Positions 28,021 through 36,962 of a stretch of 64,000 bases of DNA are shown here, piece after piece. A model generated the notes under the pieces. The model saw only the letters and a program-made list of their open reading frames with translations. It did no database searches and was not told where the DNA came from. How positions within the stretch are numbered: the first letter of the stretch is position 1; every line of letters begins with the position of its first letter. The DNA comes from Candidatus Enterousia sp. (GTDB lineage: Bacteria > Pseudomonadota > Alphaproteobacteria > Rs-D84): positions 29,569 through 93,568 of the forward strand of contig JAZNXD010000027.1 of the NCBI GenBank assembly GCA_045593685.1. Reading direction: 5' to 3'. A program made the translations under genes and the position numbers.

Positions 28021-28087
28021 GTTCGCGAATTGCACAGGCTGCTCCAACCAAGATAGACAAACCCGCCGGTTGGCGGGGTTTTGTTTT
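28021..28087 (+). repeat. Direct repeat copy 2: degenerate tRNA-Gln 3' end plus terminator (relic att-like site)
   Basis: gttcgCGaatTGcAcagGctgcTccaaccaagatagacaaacccgccggttggcggggttttgttttt. A core of about 30 bp is near-identical to 27452-27481, and the upstream part carries indels. Confidence 0.7.
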
Positions 28088-28101
28088 TATAAGCGTGGGA
28101 T

Positions 28102-28605
28102 TTATTTTGCGACGATGACCATTGCCGTGCGCAGGATTGTGTCGCCGTATAAATAACCGGCCTGCATTTCGTCAATAATCGTATTTGATTTTGCGTCCGG
28201 GGTGTCGATAACCTGAATCGCATTGTGGTGCATTGGTTTTAATGTTTCACCAATCGATTTGATGCGCGTTATGCCAATTTGGTCAAAGGCGGATTCCATG
28301 GCGCGTGCCATTGACTGAATCCCCGTATCGTCGGGATTGTGTTTTAGGGCCGCATCCACCGCATCCATCACCGGCAGAATTTTTTCAATCACGCCCATTG
28401 CGCGATTGCGGGCGCGTGATTCCGCATCCAATGCCGCGCGACGGCGTGTGTTTTCCAATTCCGCCGCCAGGCGCAGGTATTTATCATTCATTTCCGCCAG
28501 TTGTGTAGTCAGTTTTTCTGTTTCTGTTGGTGTGTCCGCTGTGTTTTGTGCGTTGGCATCGTCAATGGACACGGATTCAACTGTTACATCTTTTTCTTCG
28601 TTCAT
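28102..28605 (-). CDS. grpE: Nucleotide exchange factor GrpE
   Basis: YLRLAAELENTRRRA...ILPVMDAVDAAL...GYLYGDTILRTAMVIV are typical GrpE blocks. Confidence 0.9.
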   Translation of the reverse strand: MNEEKDVTVESVSIDDANAQNTADTPTETEKLTTQLAEMNDKYLRLAAELENTRRRAALDAESRARNRAMGVIEKILPVMDAVDAALKHNPDDTGIQSMARAMESAFDQIGITRIKSIGETLKPMHHNAIQVIDTPDAKSNTIIDEMQAGYLYGDTILRTAMVIVAK

Positions 28606-28633
28606 AATATATTCCGTTTTTCGTACTATATAC

Positions 28634-29338
28634 TTATTTCACACTGGTTATTATAGGTATGAAGTCGTCGCTTTTCAAGGATGCACCACCAACCAACACG
28701 CCATCGACGTTTGGTATGGACATAATTTCGGCGGCATTTGATCCCTTGACCGATGCGCCGTATAGTACCGGTGTGCCGCCCAGCCCCATATCGGATAATG
28801 TGTTCGCAATCAGTGTGTGTGCCGTTGCGATTTCTTCGGCCGTTGGGGTCAGACCCGCACCGATTGCCCAGCGGGGTTCGTATGCAATTATGATTGGGGT
28901 GTTGACGTCGGAAGGGATGCTTTCGCGGACGCCCGATTCGATTACGGCCATGGTTTTGCCGGCCTGTTTTTCGTCCATGGTTTCGCCAACGCAGATAATT
29001 GGAATCAGTCCGTTTGCCAGGGCCAAGGTCACCTTTTGTCGTACGGTTGAATTTGTGTCGCCATGGTATTGGCGGCATTCACTGTGTCCAACAATTACGT
29101 ATTTTGCACCCGTTTCTGCGACCATTTGGGCGGAAACTTCGCCGGTGTATGCGCCATGTGTGTGGGTGCTGATATCCTGGGCGCCGATGGATATGCGGCC
29201 CGGGGTTGTGCCCAGCATTGTATATGGAACGCATAATATAATGGTGTTTTGTGTGTCGACGGATGATAAATCGGCTATCATTGATTCAAGATTAGAGCGG
29301 GTGCCGTTCATCTTCCAATTTCCTGCAATAATTTTCAT
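28634..29338 (-). CDS. tpiA: Triosephosphate isomerase
   Basis: MKIIAGNWKMNG...VGHSECR...ICVGET...AYEPRWAIGAG...YGASV are canonical TIM motifs. Confidence 0.95.
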   Translation of the reverse strand: MKIIAGNWKMNGTRSNLESMIADLSSVDTQNTIILCVPYTMLGTTPGRISIGAQDISTHTHGAYTGEVSAQMVAETGAKYVIVGHSECRQYHGDTNSTVRQKVTLALANGLIPIICVGETMDEKQAGKTMAVIESGVRESIPSDVNTPIIIAYEPRWAIGAGLTPTAEEIATAHTLIANTLSDMGLGGTPVLYGASVKGSNAAEIMSIPNVDGVLVGGASLKSDDFIPIITSVK

Positions 29339-29407
29339 TGTAATTTCCCCTTTTTTTTATTGCTTTTTGATATTTCGTTTTGCTATGTTAGCGCAAAAGG
29401 GGAACAA

Positions 29408-30823
29408 ATGCTAGAATATTTAAGAAACGCATCAGAAAAACCAGTTGCAAAAATTTTAATTGGAATATTGTCTTTTTCCTTTGTTGGATGGGGCGTGGCC
29501 GAGTGGATCTTTGGCGGGGGCAGTACGGAAACATCTTTGATGAAGATTGGTGGTAACGATGTTACGGTACAGCAGTTTAATAGTGTAAAATCAAACGAAT
29601 TGGCAAAGATGTCGCGTGATGAGCAACGTGCCATTTATACCGATGCAGAAAGTCAGGATAAATTTAATCAGCAGGTATTGCAACAAATGGCAAGTGAACG
29701 CATGGTGCAAAATCGTGCGGATGATTTGGGCTTTGTGGTGACCGACAGACGAATCGCCCAGGAAATTCGTCAATATCCAGAATTTCAGGTAAATGGACAG
29801 TTTTCAACGTTGGCGTTTGACCAGGTGTTGATGAATTCTGGGTTAAGCGAGGCCGATTTTGCGGCGTATCTGCGAAGTCAGGTGATGCGCTCTATGGTTT
29901 TGGGGGCGGTTGCAGAACCCGTAAAGGTGCCCGAATTTGTACAACAGGCGACCTATAATGCGCGATATGGTCAACGTGACATAGAATATGCGACTGTTAA
30001 ATATTCTGATTTCACGGTCGGGGTGCCTTCGGATGATCAGTTGGCCGAATATTATAGGCAAAATCCACAAATTGTGCCGGAAACACGTACCGTTTCCTAT
30101 GTTATGGTTGATGCCGATATGTCACAGCCCGATAAGTATGACGAGGGGTATGCAATCGCGATTAAGGTTGAAGATGATATTATTGCCGGTGAATCAATGG
30201 CGGATGCCGCAAAAAAGCATGGTGCCCGGTATGTAACCTTGGGGGCCTTTGGGCGTGATAACCGTCCCGTGGACAAGATTTTGACCGATTCCATGGTTGC
30301 AAAAATCTTTGATATGGATGAGGGGTTGGAAAGTGAAATGATTGAAACCAAGGATGGATTTTTGTTCGTTCGTGTGGATAAGGTTAATCCATCGCATACC
30401 GCAGATTTTGAAACCGTAAAGAAATCGTTGGTTGCGGATTGGAAGAAGTCCGAACAGAAAAAACAGGCCTATGTTCGTGCAAATGAATTATTGGTCGAAT
30501 TAAACAATGGGGGCAGGTTGGCCAACGCCAAGGTGGCAACTGTGTCACGCGCATCGGGTGCACCGGTAGAGGTTTTGGTGCCTGCATTTCGTAATAATGT
30601 TGGTCAAAAATCTATTGAAGAAGGCGCAGATGCTTTTTATGTGTTAAAGGTAAACAAGGCAATTGCGCCAGCGGTTGATACCAAAAAAATGGCGGATTTG
30701 CGTGATGAAGTGCAAAATATGTCTGATTTGGGTGTGGCCGCAGATTATGATGCCTTTTTAAAGCGTGAATATCCAATCGAGATAAACGAAAAAGTCTATG
30801 ACAGATTTTTGGGGCATAAGTAA
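29408..30823 (+). CDS. PpiD/SurA-N-like periplasmic chaperone (membrane-anchored)
   Basis: MLEYLRNASEKPVAKILIGILSFSFVGWGV is the characteristic PpiD N-terminus and anchor. I chose ATG 29408 after the aaagggga SD. Confidence 0.7.
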   Translation: MLEYLRNASEKPVAKILIGILSFSFVGWGVAEWIFGGGSTETSLMKIGGNDVTVQQFNSVKSNELAKMSRDEQRAIYTDAESQDKFNQQVLQQMASERMVQNRADDLGFVVTDRRIAQEIRQYPEFQVNGQFSTLAFDQVLMNSGLSEADFAAYLRSQVMRSMVLGAVAEPVKVPEFVQQATYNARYGQRDIEYATVKYSDFTVGVPSDDQLAEYYRQNPQIVPETRTVSYVMVDADMSQPDKYDEGYAIAIKVEDDIIAGESMADAAKKHGARYVTLGAFGRDNRPVDKILTDSMVAKIFDMDEGLESEMIETKDGFLFVRVDKVNPSHTADFETVKKSLVADWKKSEQKKQAYVRANELLVELNNGGRLANAKVATVSRASGAPVEVLVPAFRNNVGQKSIEEGADAFYVLKVNKAIAPAVDTKKMADLRDEVQNMSDLGVAADYDAFLKREYPIEINEKVYDRFLGHK

Positions 30824-30866
30824 AAAAATAAAAACCGCCGTTTGGCGGTTTTTTTGAAGTTATTCT

Positions 30867-31685
30867 TTATTGCAGGAATTGTGTCAGGTTGCCCCCCAGG
30901 GATTTTAATGCGCCCATGCCACCACTGTTGGCAGAGCCCTGGACAACCTGCATGATGTTGCCGGTGTTGGTTTTTTGCCCCAAATTTCCGATTGTGCCGA
31001 CCAGGAATTCACCCCACATTGCACGTTTTTTTGCATTTAATTTCGAATTAGAACATTGTTCAATTTTGGCCGTCAGGTTACCCGCCATTTTTGCTTCTTG
31101 TTCGGTATAGTCGGCGGTTGTGAAATCGACCAGGTTGAATATGTCGTATATATTTGAAACCTCTTGGCGGTTTTTGCCGGTGCAACTGCTGTTGGTGGGG
31201 TCGTCGGTACAGTAATGCACGGTTTTTGCGATTGGATACCCCGCCCAAATCATGTCATCGTTGCCCGATCCCGCATAATAATCAAAACAAACAATAGAGT
31301 CTTCTTCGGTTGCCTGGGCAATGCGTACGGATGTTTCGTATCCACCACTGGGCGTTGAACATTTTTTGTTCAGGCCACCCAGGCTGGTATAAACTTCGTT
31401 TTCGGTCATTGCGCCGGTTTTTATCCACTCTTTGAACGTGTCGTTTACAAATTTTAGTTCCGTAGATGTCGGTTTACATTCTTCGGTCAGGGCTTTTTCT
31501 TTTTTGGTTATTTCCTGAACGCTGCTGACCAGGCCGATTACGGTTGGTATCAAACTGGCCCCGGTTTCTTTGACACTGTTATCCTTGGTTGCGACGGGTG
31601 CCGCCTTTTTAATGGTAATGGCATGCGCCGGCACAAATTGTGTCATGCATAGCAAGGGGGCAAAAAGCAGTAATTTTCTGTTCAT
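30867..31685 (-). CDS. Secreted protein (272 aa), hypothetical
   Basis: Signal peptide MNRKLLLFAPLLCMTQFVPAHA. It has 8 Cys and a Gly/Asn-rich C-terminal segment. Confidence 0.6.
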   Translation of the reverse strand: MNRKLLLFAPLLCMTQFVPAHAITIKKAAPVATKDNSVKETGASLIPTVIGLVSSVQEITKKEKALTEECKPTSTELKFVNDTFKEWIKTGAMTENEVYTSLGGLNKKCSTPSGGYETSVRIAQATEEDSIVCFDYYAGSGNDDMIWAGYPIAKTVHYCTDDPTNSSCTGKNRQEVSNIYDIFNLVDFTTADYTEQEAKMAGNLTAKIEQCSNSKLNAKKRAMWGEFLVGTIGNLGQKTNTGNIMQVVQGSANSGGMGALKSLGGNLTQFLQ

Positions 31686-31770
31686 CTCTCTTGGGATGAT
31701 TATATCATATTTTTTGGGTGTTATAAATATAAAAATTGCATTTTTGTTATTGGCGCGCTAAACTGGGGGT

Positions 31771-32250
31771 GTGCAAGGCGATAAACGAAATTTTATTATT
31801 TTGACTAAGCACAAACGATTAAAGCGTTTGTGGCAGTTCTTTTTTACAGGTTGGGGATTGGTTATGGTTGCGGCCCTGGTGGCGGGGGCTTTGTTTACCA
31901 AGCAGTTGTTGTGGACGCCTATTTCTGCCATTAATATGACGGATATTGTTACAAATCAATTTAAAATGACCGGCGCATCCTTTGTTGGAACCGATAAAAA
32001 TGGTGAACCATTTAAATTGCGGGCCAAGGTGGGGTATCAGGAATATGACAACCCGGATGTTGTGTTTATGGATTCTGTTGCCGGTACCATCAGTCGGGTT
32101 ACCGGTGGAACCAAGGTTGTTGATAATATAACCGCAAATCAGGGGCAATATAATCGTGTGCACAAGAAAATAACCCTGACCGGGAATGTTCGGGTGGATT
32201 CCAGTAATGGGGACAAGGTCAGAACAGAAGAATTGGTGATAAGATTATGA
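31771..32250 (+). CDS. LptC-like LPS export protein (membrane-anchored OstA-fold)
   Basis: N-terminal TM WQFFFTGWGLVMVAALVAGALF, then a beta-rich region (ANQGQYNRVHKKITLTGNVRVDS). The stop overlaps the lptB start (ATGA). It uses a GTG start. Confidence 0.55.
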   Translation: MQGDKRNFIILTKHKRLKRLWQFFFTGWGLVMVAALVAGALFTKQLLWTPISAINMTDIVTNQFKMTGASFVGTDKNGEPFKLRAKVGYQEYDNPDVVFMDSVAGTISRVTGGTKVVDNITANQGQYNRVHKKITLTGNVRVDSSNGDKVRTEELVIRL

Positions 32251-32975
32251 AACAGTCAATATTGAAAGTTCAGCATTTATCAAAGTCGTACGGTAAACGT
32301 ATGGTTATCAAGGATGTGTCATTAGAGGCACGACAGGGGGAATCGGTTGGACTGTTGGGGCCAAATGGTGCGGGTAAAACGACGGCTTTCTATTGTATTA
32401 CGGGGCAGTTGGCGGCGACCGGTGGGCAAATCTTTTTAAATTCCCAGGATATTACGCATTTGCCTTTTTATCAACGTGCACGTTTGCATATTGGGTATCT
32501 GCCCCAGGAAAACAGTGTTTTTCGTGGTTTGACGGTGGAACAGAATATCATGGCGATTTTGGAGGTCGTTGAACCGGACAAAAAGAAACGTAAAAAGAAA
32601 TTAGATTCTTTGTTAGAAGAATTTTCTATATCCAGTTTGCGTAACAGTCCGGCGACCGCATTATCGGGTGGGGAACGCAGACGTGTTGAAATTGCGCGTG
32701 CGTTGGCCAATGATCCGAAATTTATTTTGTTGGATGAACCCTTTGCCGGGATTGATCCGATTGCGGTTAATGAAATTCGTGGATTGGTGTCGCAGTTAAA
32801 AAATCGTGGGCTGGGGGTTATTATTACCGACCACAATGTTCGTGAAACATTGGGGATTACCGATCGCAGTTATGTTTTGCATGATGGCAAGATTTTAAAA
32901 CACGGAACCACCGCGGAAATCGTTCAGGACGAAATGGTCAAGAAGGTTTACCTGGGCGAAGATTTTGTGATGTAA
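32247..32975 (+). CDS. lptB: LPS export ABC transporter ATP-binding protein LptB
   Basis: LSKSYGKRMVIKDVSL...GLLGPNGAGKTT...LSGGERRRVEIARAL...LLDEPFAGIDP. Confidence 0.9.
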   Translation: MKQSILKVQHLSKSYGKRMVIKDVSLEARQGESVGLLGPNGAGKTTAFYCITGQLAATGGQIFLNSQDITHLPFYQRARLHIGYLPQENSVFRGLTVEQNIMAILEVVEPDKKKRKKKLDSLLEEFSISSLRNSPATALSGGERRRVEIARALANDPKFILLDEPFAGIDPIAVNEIRGLVSQLKNRGLGVIITDHNVRETLGITDRSYVLHDGKILKHGTTAEIVQDEMVKKVYLGEDFVM

Positions 32976-32999
32976 AAAACGGGGCCTTGCCCCGTTTTT

Positions 33000-33302
33000 T
33001 TATTCAATCCAAACCAATACGCGGTCGTGTGGGGTGTTGGTTGTTTCGGGACGGCCAATAGGAATGGTGTTGAAACGTGCATCGTCCCCGGCGGCGACGG
33101 TATTTGAGTGTGTGCCAATAGGTAAAACCTTGGTGTCGATTGTGCCGGTTTTTAAATTAGTGGCATCGTTTACATATGAAGTTGATGCAAGTGACACTTT
33201 TGTGTTTGCATAACACGAAGTGTTGATTAATACAAGTGCGAAAATGGTTACAATAGACAATGTGGCAGAATATTTGTAAAAATTGTTGATACCCTTTGGC
33301 AT
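33000..33302 (-). CDS. Small secreted protein (100 aa), hypothetical
   Basis: N-terminal hydrophobic anchor or signal. It shares the VSLASTSYVNDA motif with the 2759-2971 product. Confidence 0.5.
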   Translation of the reverse strand: MPKGINNFYKYSATLSIVTIFALVLINTSCYANTKVSLASTSYVNDATNLKTGTIDTKVLPIGTHSNTVAAGDDARFNTIPIGRPETTNTPHDRVLVWIE

Positions 33303-33393
33303 GTTTTTATCCCCCCATAAAAATTCAGCCCAATGATTTTATAAATATCCCACTTATGCGCATTATATCATTTTTATGTGTTTATTACAAATT

Positions 33394-34317
33394 TTATTTA
33401 GAAAATTGATTTTCCAATTCAGTGATATGTGCCATTTGTTCGCGCATAAATGCGATTTTGTTTTCGTTATTGGTTATACTTTTTTGTGTTGTTGGGTTGT
33501 TGCGCAGGTCGTCTGATGCCTTGATAAATCGTTTTAACAGGGCGACCATGATGCGATATTTCATAATGTTACGCAGATTGGTGTTTTGTATGCTGGGCAT
33601 ATTGTATTCCGAATTATTGTGTAATTTACAATATGTTTCGTATACGGGTCTGAAAATCTTTAATTCAATTTGCAGTGGCGCAAAAATATCACGATAGATA
33701 AAGCGATAGTTTGCTTCGGCAAAATCGATAAAGGACAGGGTGCTGGTTTCGGGGTCGTATAAGACGTTACCTGGGTTCAGGTCGCAATGTGACCATGCGG
33801 GTCGTGTGTCGTATTCAAATGTGCCGATTTTGTCACGAATTTTTGACATCTGGGTGACTTCGTTGGGGGTAAACCACTGTGACATTTTGTTGCTTACAAA
33901 GTTATCCAGTCGATTAAATTTTAATTCTGATGCGATGCGGTGTCGTTGTATTGGTTGAACCGGTTTTAATTCGTTCATATCAACCAAAAATGCTGCGATT
34001 CCGTCAATGATTTCATAACGTTGGCGACGTGAAACGGTCGCAAACAGTTCGCGTGTCAGCGGAAGCCCGTGGGCGCGTTCTTCCAACAGTTGGAATTCGT
34101 CATCCTTGATAAAGCGCATGCGCGGAATATTATAGCGCGGATTGCCGACGTTATAGATTTCGTCGATAATTTCTTTGGTTCTGTGTTGTTTGGCCAACCA
34201 TTGATTGCGCGCATCCGGCCCCAATGTGGGCAATGGGCGTTTCATAACGAAGTCGTTGCCAAAATCGGCAATGTATGTTTCGCGACCGTGAATAAGATTG
34301 TTTATGTTTTGTGTCAT
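33394..34317 (-). CDS. Protein-kinase-like phosphotransferase (APH/ChoK fold)
   Basis: FVMKRP is a Lys context, WSHCDLNPGNVLYD is an HxDxxxxN catalytic loop, and SFIDFAEA is a DFG-like metal-binding Asp. Confidence 0.7.
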   Translation of the reverse strand: MTQNINNLIHGRETYIADFGNDFVMKRPLPTLGPDARNQWLAKQHRTKEIIDEIYNVGNPRYNIPRMRFIKDDEFQLLEERAHGLPLTRELFATVSRRQRYEIIDGIAAFLVDMNELKPVQPIQRHRIASELKFNRLDNFVSNKMSQWFTPNEVTQMSKIRDKIGTFEYDTRPAWSHCDLNPGNVLYDPETSTLSFIDFAEANYRFIYRDIFAPLQIELKIFRPVYETYCKLHNNSEYNMPSIQNTNLRNIMKYRIMVALLKRFIKASDDLRNNPTTQKSITNNENKIAFMREQMAHITELENQFSK

Positions 34318-34332
34318 TTTAGTTATCCCGTG

Positions 34333-35382
34333 TCAGCGTGTCTTTATGTTTAGTTTCATGCATATTTGTTGCCCACGTTTTTTAAAGAAATTAAAATCGT
34401 AATCTTCGTTTGGGGCGCAAATTAACTTTGGTATTGTTGGAATTGGTCTGTTCGCAAGCATGGCGTGGGTGCCTTCCAGTAATGCATTACGTTCTGTGGC
34501 AAATAATATCTTTCCGCTTTCTGTTAATGTGTGTTCATCCCTTGGGTCGCCACTAAGACCAACTTGGCTGTGTTCTTTGGTTATGTCTTCTTTTATCCGG
34601 CTTGTAATCATTACGTTTCCGAATTTTTGACCGAAAAATGCGGGTTTGAATTCGTGCGCAGACATGCGCATATGATAACTAAGTTCATTGTAATAGTTTA
34701 TTTGTGAATCAGATGCGCTGGTAAATGATAGGGCGGAAAATTTGCATTGTTCCAATGGTGCAAATGGTGCGTGGTTTATTGCTAATATACTTTTTTGTAT
34801 GTCGTACATGTCTTGTAAACTGTACGTAAATTTATTGGATTCTTGGTGCAGGTATTTTTCTATCATTCGCAGTACGTATGCGCCATGGCAATGTGTGAAA
34901 ACAATCATTTTTCTGAAGTTTTCTTTTATTCGTTTGGAACTTAACATTTGTTCGTTGCGGCCGACCATGCGTGGTATAAATGCAAAGTTAAGAATGTCAT
35001 ATATGTAACTTGGGTATGTATTGCTTAGTGGATAAGACTGGTTCATATATGTGACCTCGGTTATCGTTAGACCTTTGCCGTAATCAAACAGGCTTTTGGT
35101 GTTGCGAAATTCTCGAAACAGGTTTAGACGATCAAGGCCGCTGTTTCGGTCGCGTAATTTGTAACATGTCGAATATATGTCCAAACCATTTTTTGTGCCG
35201 TTTAAATATAATGTTTTGGCAACGGTAATGCAATAATTGCGTGCCCATTCTTGGGTGTCTGTGTTTTCTCCACCAAGTATTAATATGCACGGCCTTGATA
35301 AATCCATACTGGTTACGTATTCCAGTTTGTTTGGATTTTCTAGTGGTATTTTGATAAAAGTTGCCTTGCTAATGTCTTTCAT
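34333..35382 (-). CDS. Hypothetical protein, possible Cys-nucleophile alpha/beta-hydrolase-like
   Basis: I chose ATG 35382 (MKDISKATF...) because the track start at 35577 would overlap ctpA. ILILGGEN and VFTHCHGAYV resemble an oxyanion strand and a nucleophile elbow. This is weak. Confidence 0.5.
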   Translation of the reverse strand: MKDISKATFIKIPLENPNKLEYVTSMDLSRPCILILGGENTDTQEWARNYCITVAKTLYLNGTKNGLDIYSTCYKLRDRNSGLDRLNLFREFRNTKSLFDYGKGLTITEVTYMNQSYPLSNTYPSYIYDILNFAFIPRMVGRNEQMLSSKRIKENFRKMIVFTHCHGAYVLRMIEKYLHQESNKFTYSLQDMYDIQKSILAINHAPFAPLEQCKFSALSFTSASDSQINYYNELSYHMRMSAHEFKPAFFGQKFGNVMITSRIKEDITKEHSQVGLSGDPRDEHTLTESGKILFATERNALLEGTHAMLANRPIPTIPKLICAPNEDYDFNFFKKRGQQICMKLNIKTR

Positions 35383-35389
35383 AGTTTTT

Positions 35390-35417
35390 ATTGTAGTACA
35401 AAAAATATAAATGTCAA
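35390..35417 (-). promoter_or_regulatory. Sigma70-type promoter placed for a near-leaderless transcript of the 34333-35382 gene
   Basis: The minus strand reads TTGACA (35417-35412), 16-nt spacer, TACAAT (35395-35390). ATG 35382 begins 8 nt after the -10 and has no SD. Confidence 0.4.
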
Positions 35418-35512
35418 GGTTTTGTGCGTTTTTTTGTTTTGATAAAAAATCGTGTTGAAATGTGCGGTGGATTTGTTTTATGCTGTGCTTGGTAACAGTC
35501 AAGGGGTTTGTA

Positions 35513-36931
35513 ATGTTAAAATATTTATTAGTATTATCAATAATATGTACGCCGTTTGTTGCAGATGCGGCGCCCAAGAAGAAAAAAGAAGAGCCGATTG
35601 TGCATCTGACCGATGAACAGATTTATGAGGAATTAAAGAAATTGGCCCTGGTGTTCGAGGTTGCACGTGATAATTTTGTTGAAGAAGCCGATGAGAAAAA
35701 GATGTTAGAGGCTGCAATGAACGGTATGTTGGGGGCATTGGACCCACATTCGTCATATTTGTCGGCAGATGACTTCAAGGAATTTAACGATAAATCGCAT
35801 GGTGAATTTGGTGGTTTGGGAATTCAAATTACCAGTGATCGTGGTGCGGTGCGTGTGATTTCCCCGATTGATGATACCCCCGCGGACAAGGCCGGGATTA
35901 AGGCTGGGGACTATATAACACATATTGATGGCGAACAGGTGTTTGATTTGACACTGAACCAGGCGGTAAAAAAGATGAAGGGGCGCCCCGGGACCAAGGT
36001 TAAGTTGACGGTTATATCCGATGATGGAGAGTCTAAGGAATTGACCCTTAAACGTGCGATTATCAAGGTGGAATCGGTTAAGTCTGCCGAAAAAATGTTG
36101 GCCGATGCGGATCCTGATGACAAAGAAACGCCACGTGTGGGCTATATTCGTATTTCCGATTTTGGGGCAACAACCGCACGTGATTTGAAAAAAGCATTGG
36201 AAAAATTGGAAAAAAAGGATGTCGTTGGGTATGTCTTGGATGTGCGTAACAATCCCGGTGGATATTTGACCGCTGCGATTGATGTGTCGGATGCTTTCTT
36301 GGATGCGGGGGAAATTGTTTCCACCCGGGGCAAGGAAAAGTCAGATATTGAACGCGTCTATGCCAAGCCGGGGGATTTAGCCAATGGCAAGCCGGTTGTG
36401 GTTCTGATTAACCATGGTTCGGCATCTGCGTCGGAAATTGTTGCGGGCGCGTTGCAGGATAATGGGCGTGGTATTGTTATGGGATCTCAGTCTTTTGGCA
36501 AGGGCAGTGTGCAACAGCAAAAACCACTGGGGGATGGTACGGCCATACATATCACGATTGCCCGTTATTATACACCTTCGGGGCGTTCCATCCAGAACGA
36601 GGGCATTACACCAGACGTTGAGGTGTTGCAGTCCAAGGTAGAGGTACTGGAAAAGAAGGACAGTTTGTATTCCGAGGCTTCGTTTAAAAATTCGTTGAAA
36701 AACGACAAGGCCAAGAAAAAAGATAAAAAGAAGGCCGACAAAGACGAATCGGATGCCGATGAAGAAACGCCATTTGAAGAATTGACGGACGAAGAAAAAG
36801 ATGCGCGTGACTATCAATTACAACGTGCAATGGGGATGGTGATTGCAATGGGAAAAATGCAGTCGCGTATATCGGCAATCCCGTTGGAATTTGATGAAGA
36901 TTTAGAAGAAGTGGACGATATAGAGGAATAA
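35513..36931 (+). CDS. ctpA: Carboxy-terminal processing protease (S41), with a K/D/E-rich C-terminal extension
   Basis: FGGLGIQI, a PDZ segment (PADKAGIKAGDYITHIDGE), and S41 catalytic blocks VVLINHGSASASEIVAGALQD...GKGSVQ. Confidence 0.9.
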   Translation: MLKYLLVLSIICTPFVADAAPKKKKEEPIVHLTDEQIYEELKKLALVFEVARDNFVEEADEKKMLEAAMNGMLGALDPHSSYLSADDFKEFNDKSHGEFGGLGIQITSDRGAVRVISPIDDTPADKAGIKAGDYITHIDGEQVFDLTLNQAVKKMKGRPGTKVKLTVISDDGESKELTLKRAIIKVESVKSAEKMLADADPDDKETPRVGYIRISDFGATTARDLKKALEKLEKKDVVGYVLDVRNNPGGYLTAAIDVSDAFLDAGEIVSTRGKEKSDIERVYAKPGDLANGKPVVVLINHGSASASEIVAGALQDNGRGIVMGSQSFGKGSVQQQKPLGDGTAIHITIARYYTPSGRSIQNEGITPDVEVLQSKVEVLEKKDSLYSEASFKNSLKNDKAKKKDKKKADKDESDADEETPFEELTDEEKDARDYQLQRAMGMVIAMGKMQSRISAIPLEFDEDLEEVDDIEE

Positions 36932-36935
36932 TAAG

Positions 36936-36962
36936 AAAAAACCGCCCAAACGGGCGGTTTGT
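36936..36962. terminator. Bidirectional terminator shared by ctpA and the small Cys-rich ORF
   Basis: AAAAAACCGCCC-AAA-CGGGCGGTTTGTT lies between the convergent stops. Confidence 0.65.

Noticed and set aside
27960-28223. 87-aa minus-strand ORF crossing the tRNA-Gln repeat copy and the 3' end of grpE
   Set aside because: It overlaps grpE out of frame and reads through a terminator hairpin, so it is spurious.
28659-29414. 251-aa ORF on the plus strand
   Set aside because: It is antisense to the unmistakable tpiA and is a shadow ORF of a codon-biased gene.
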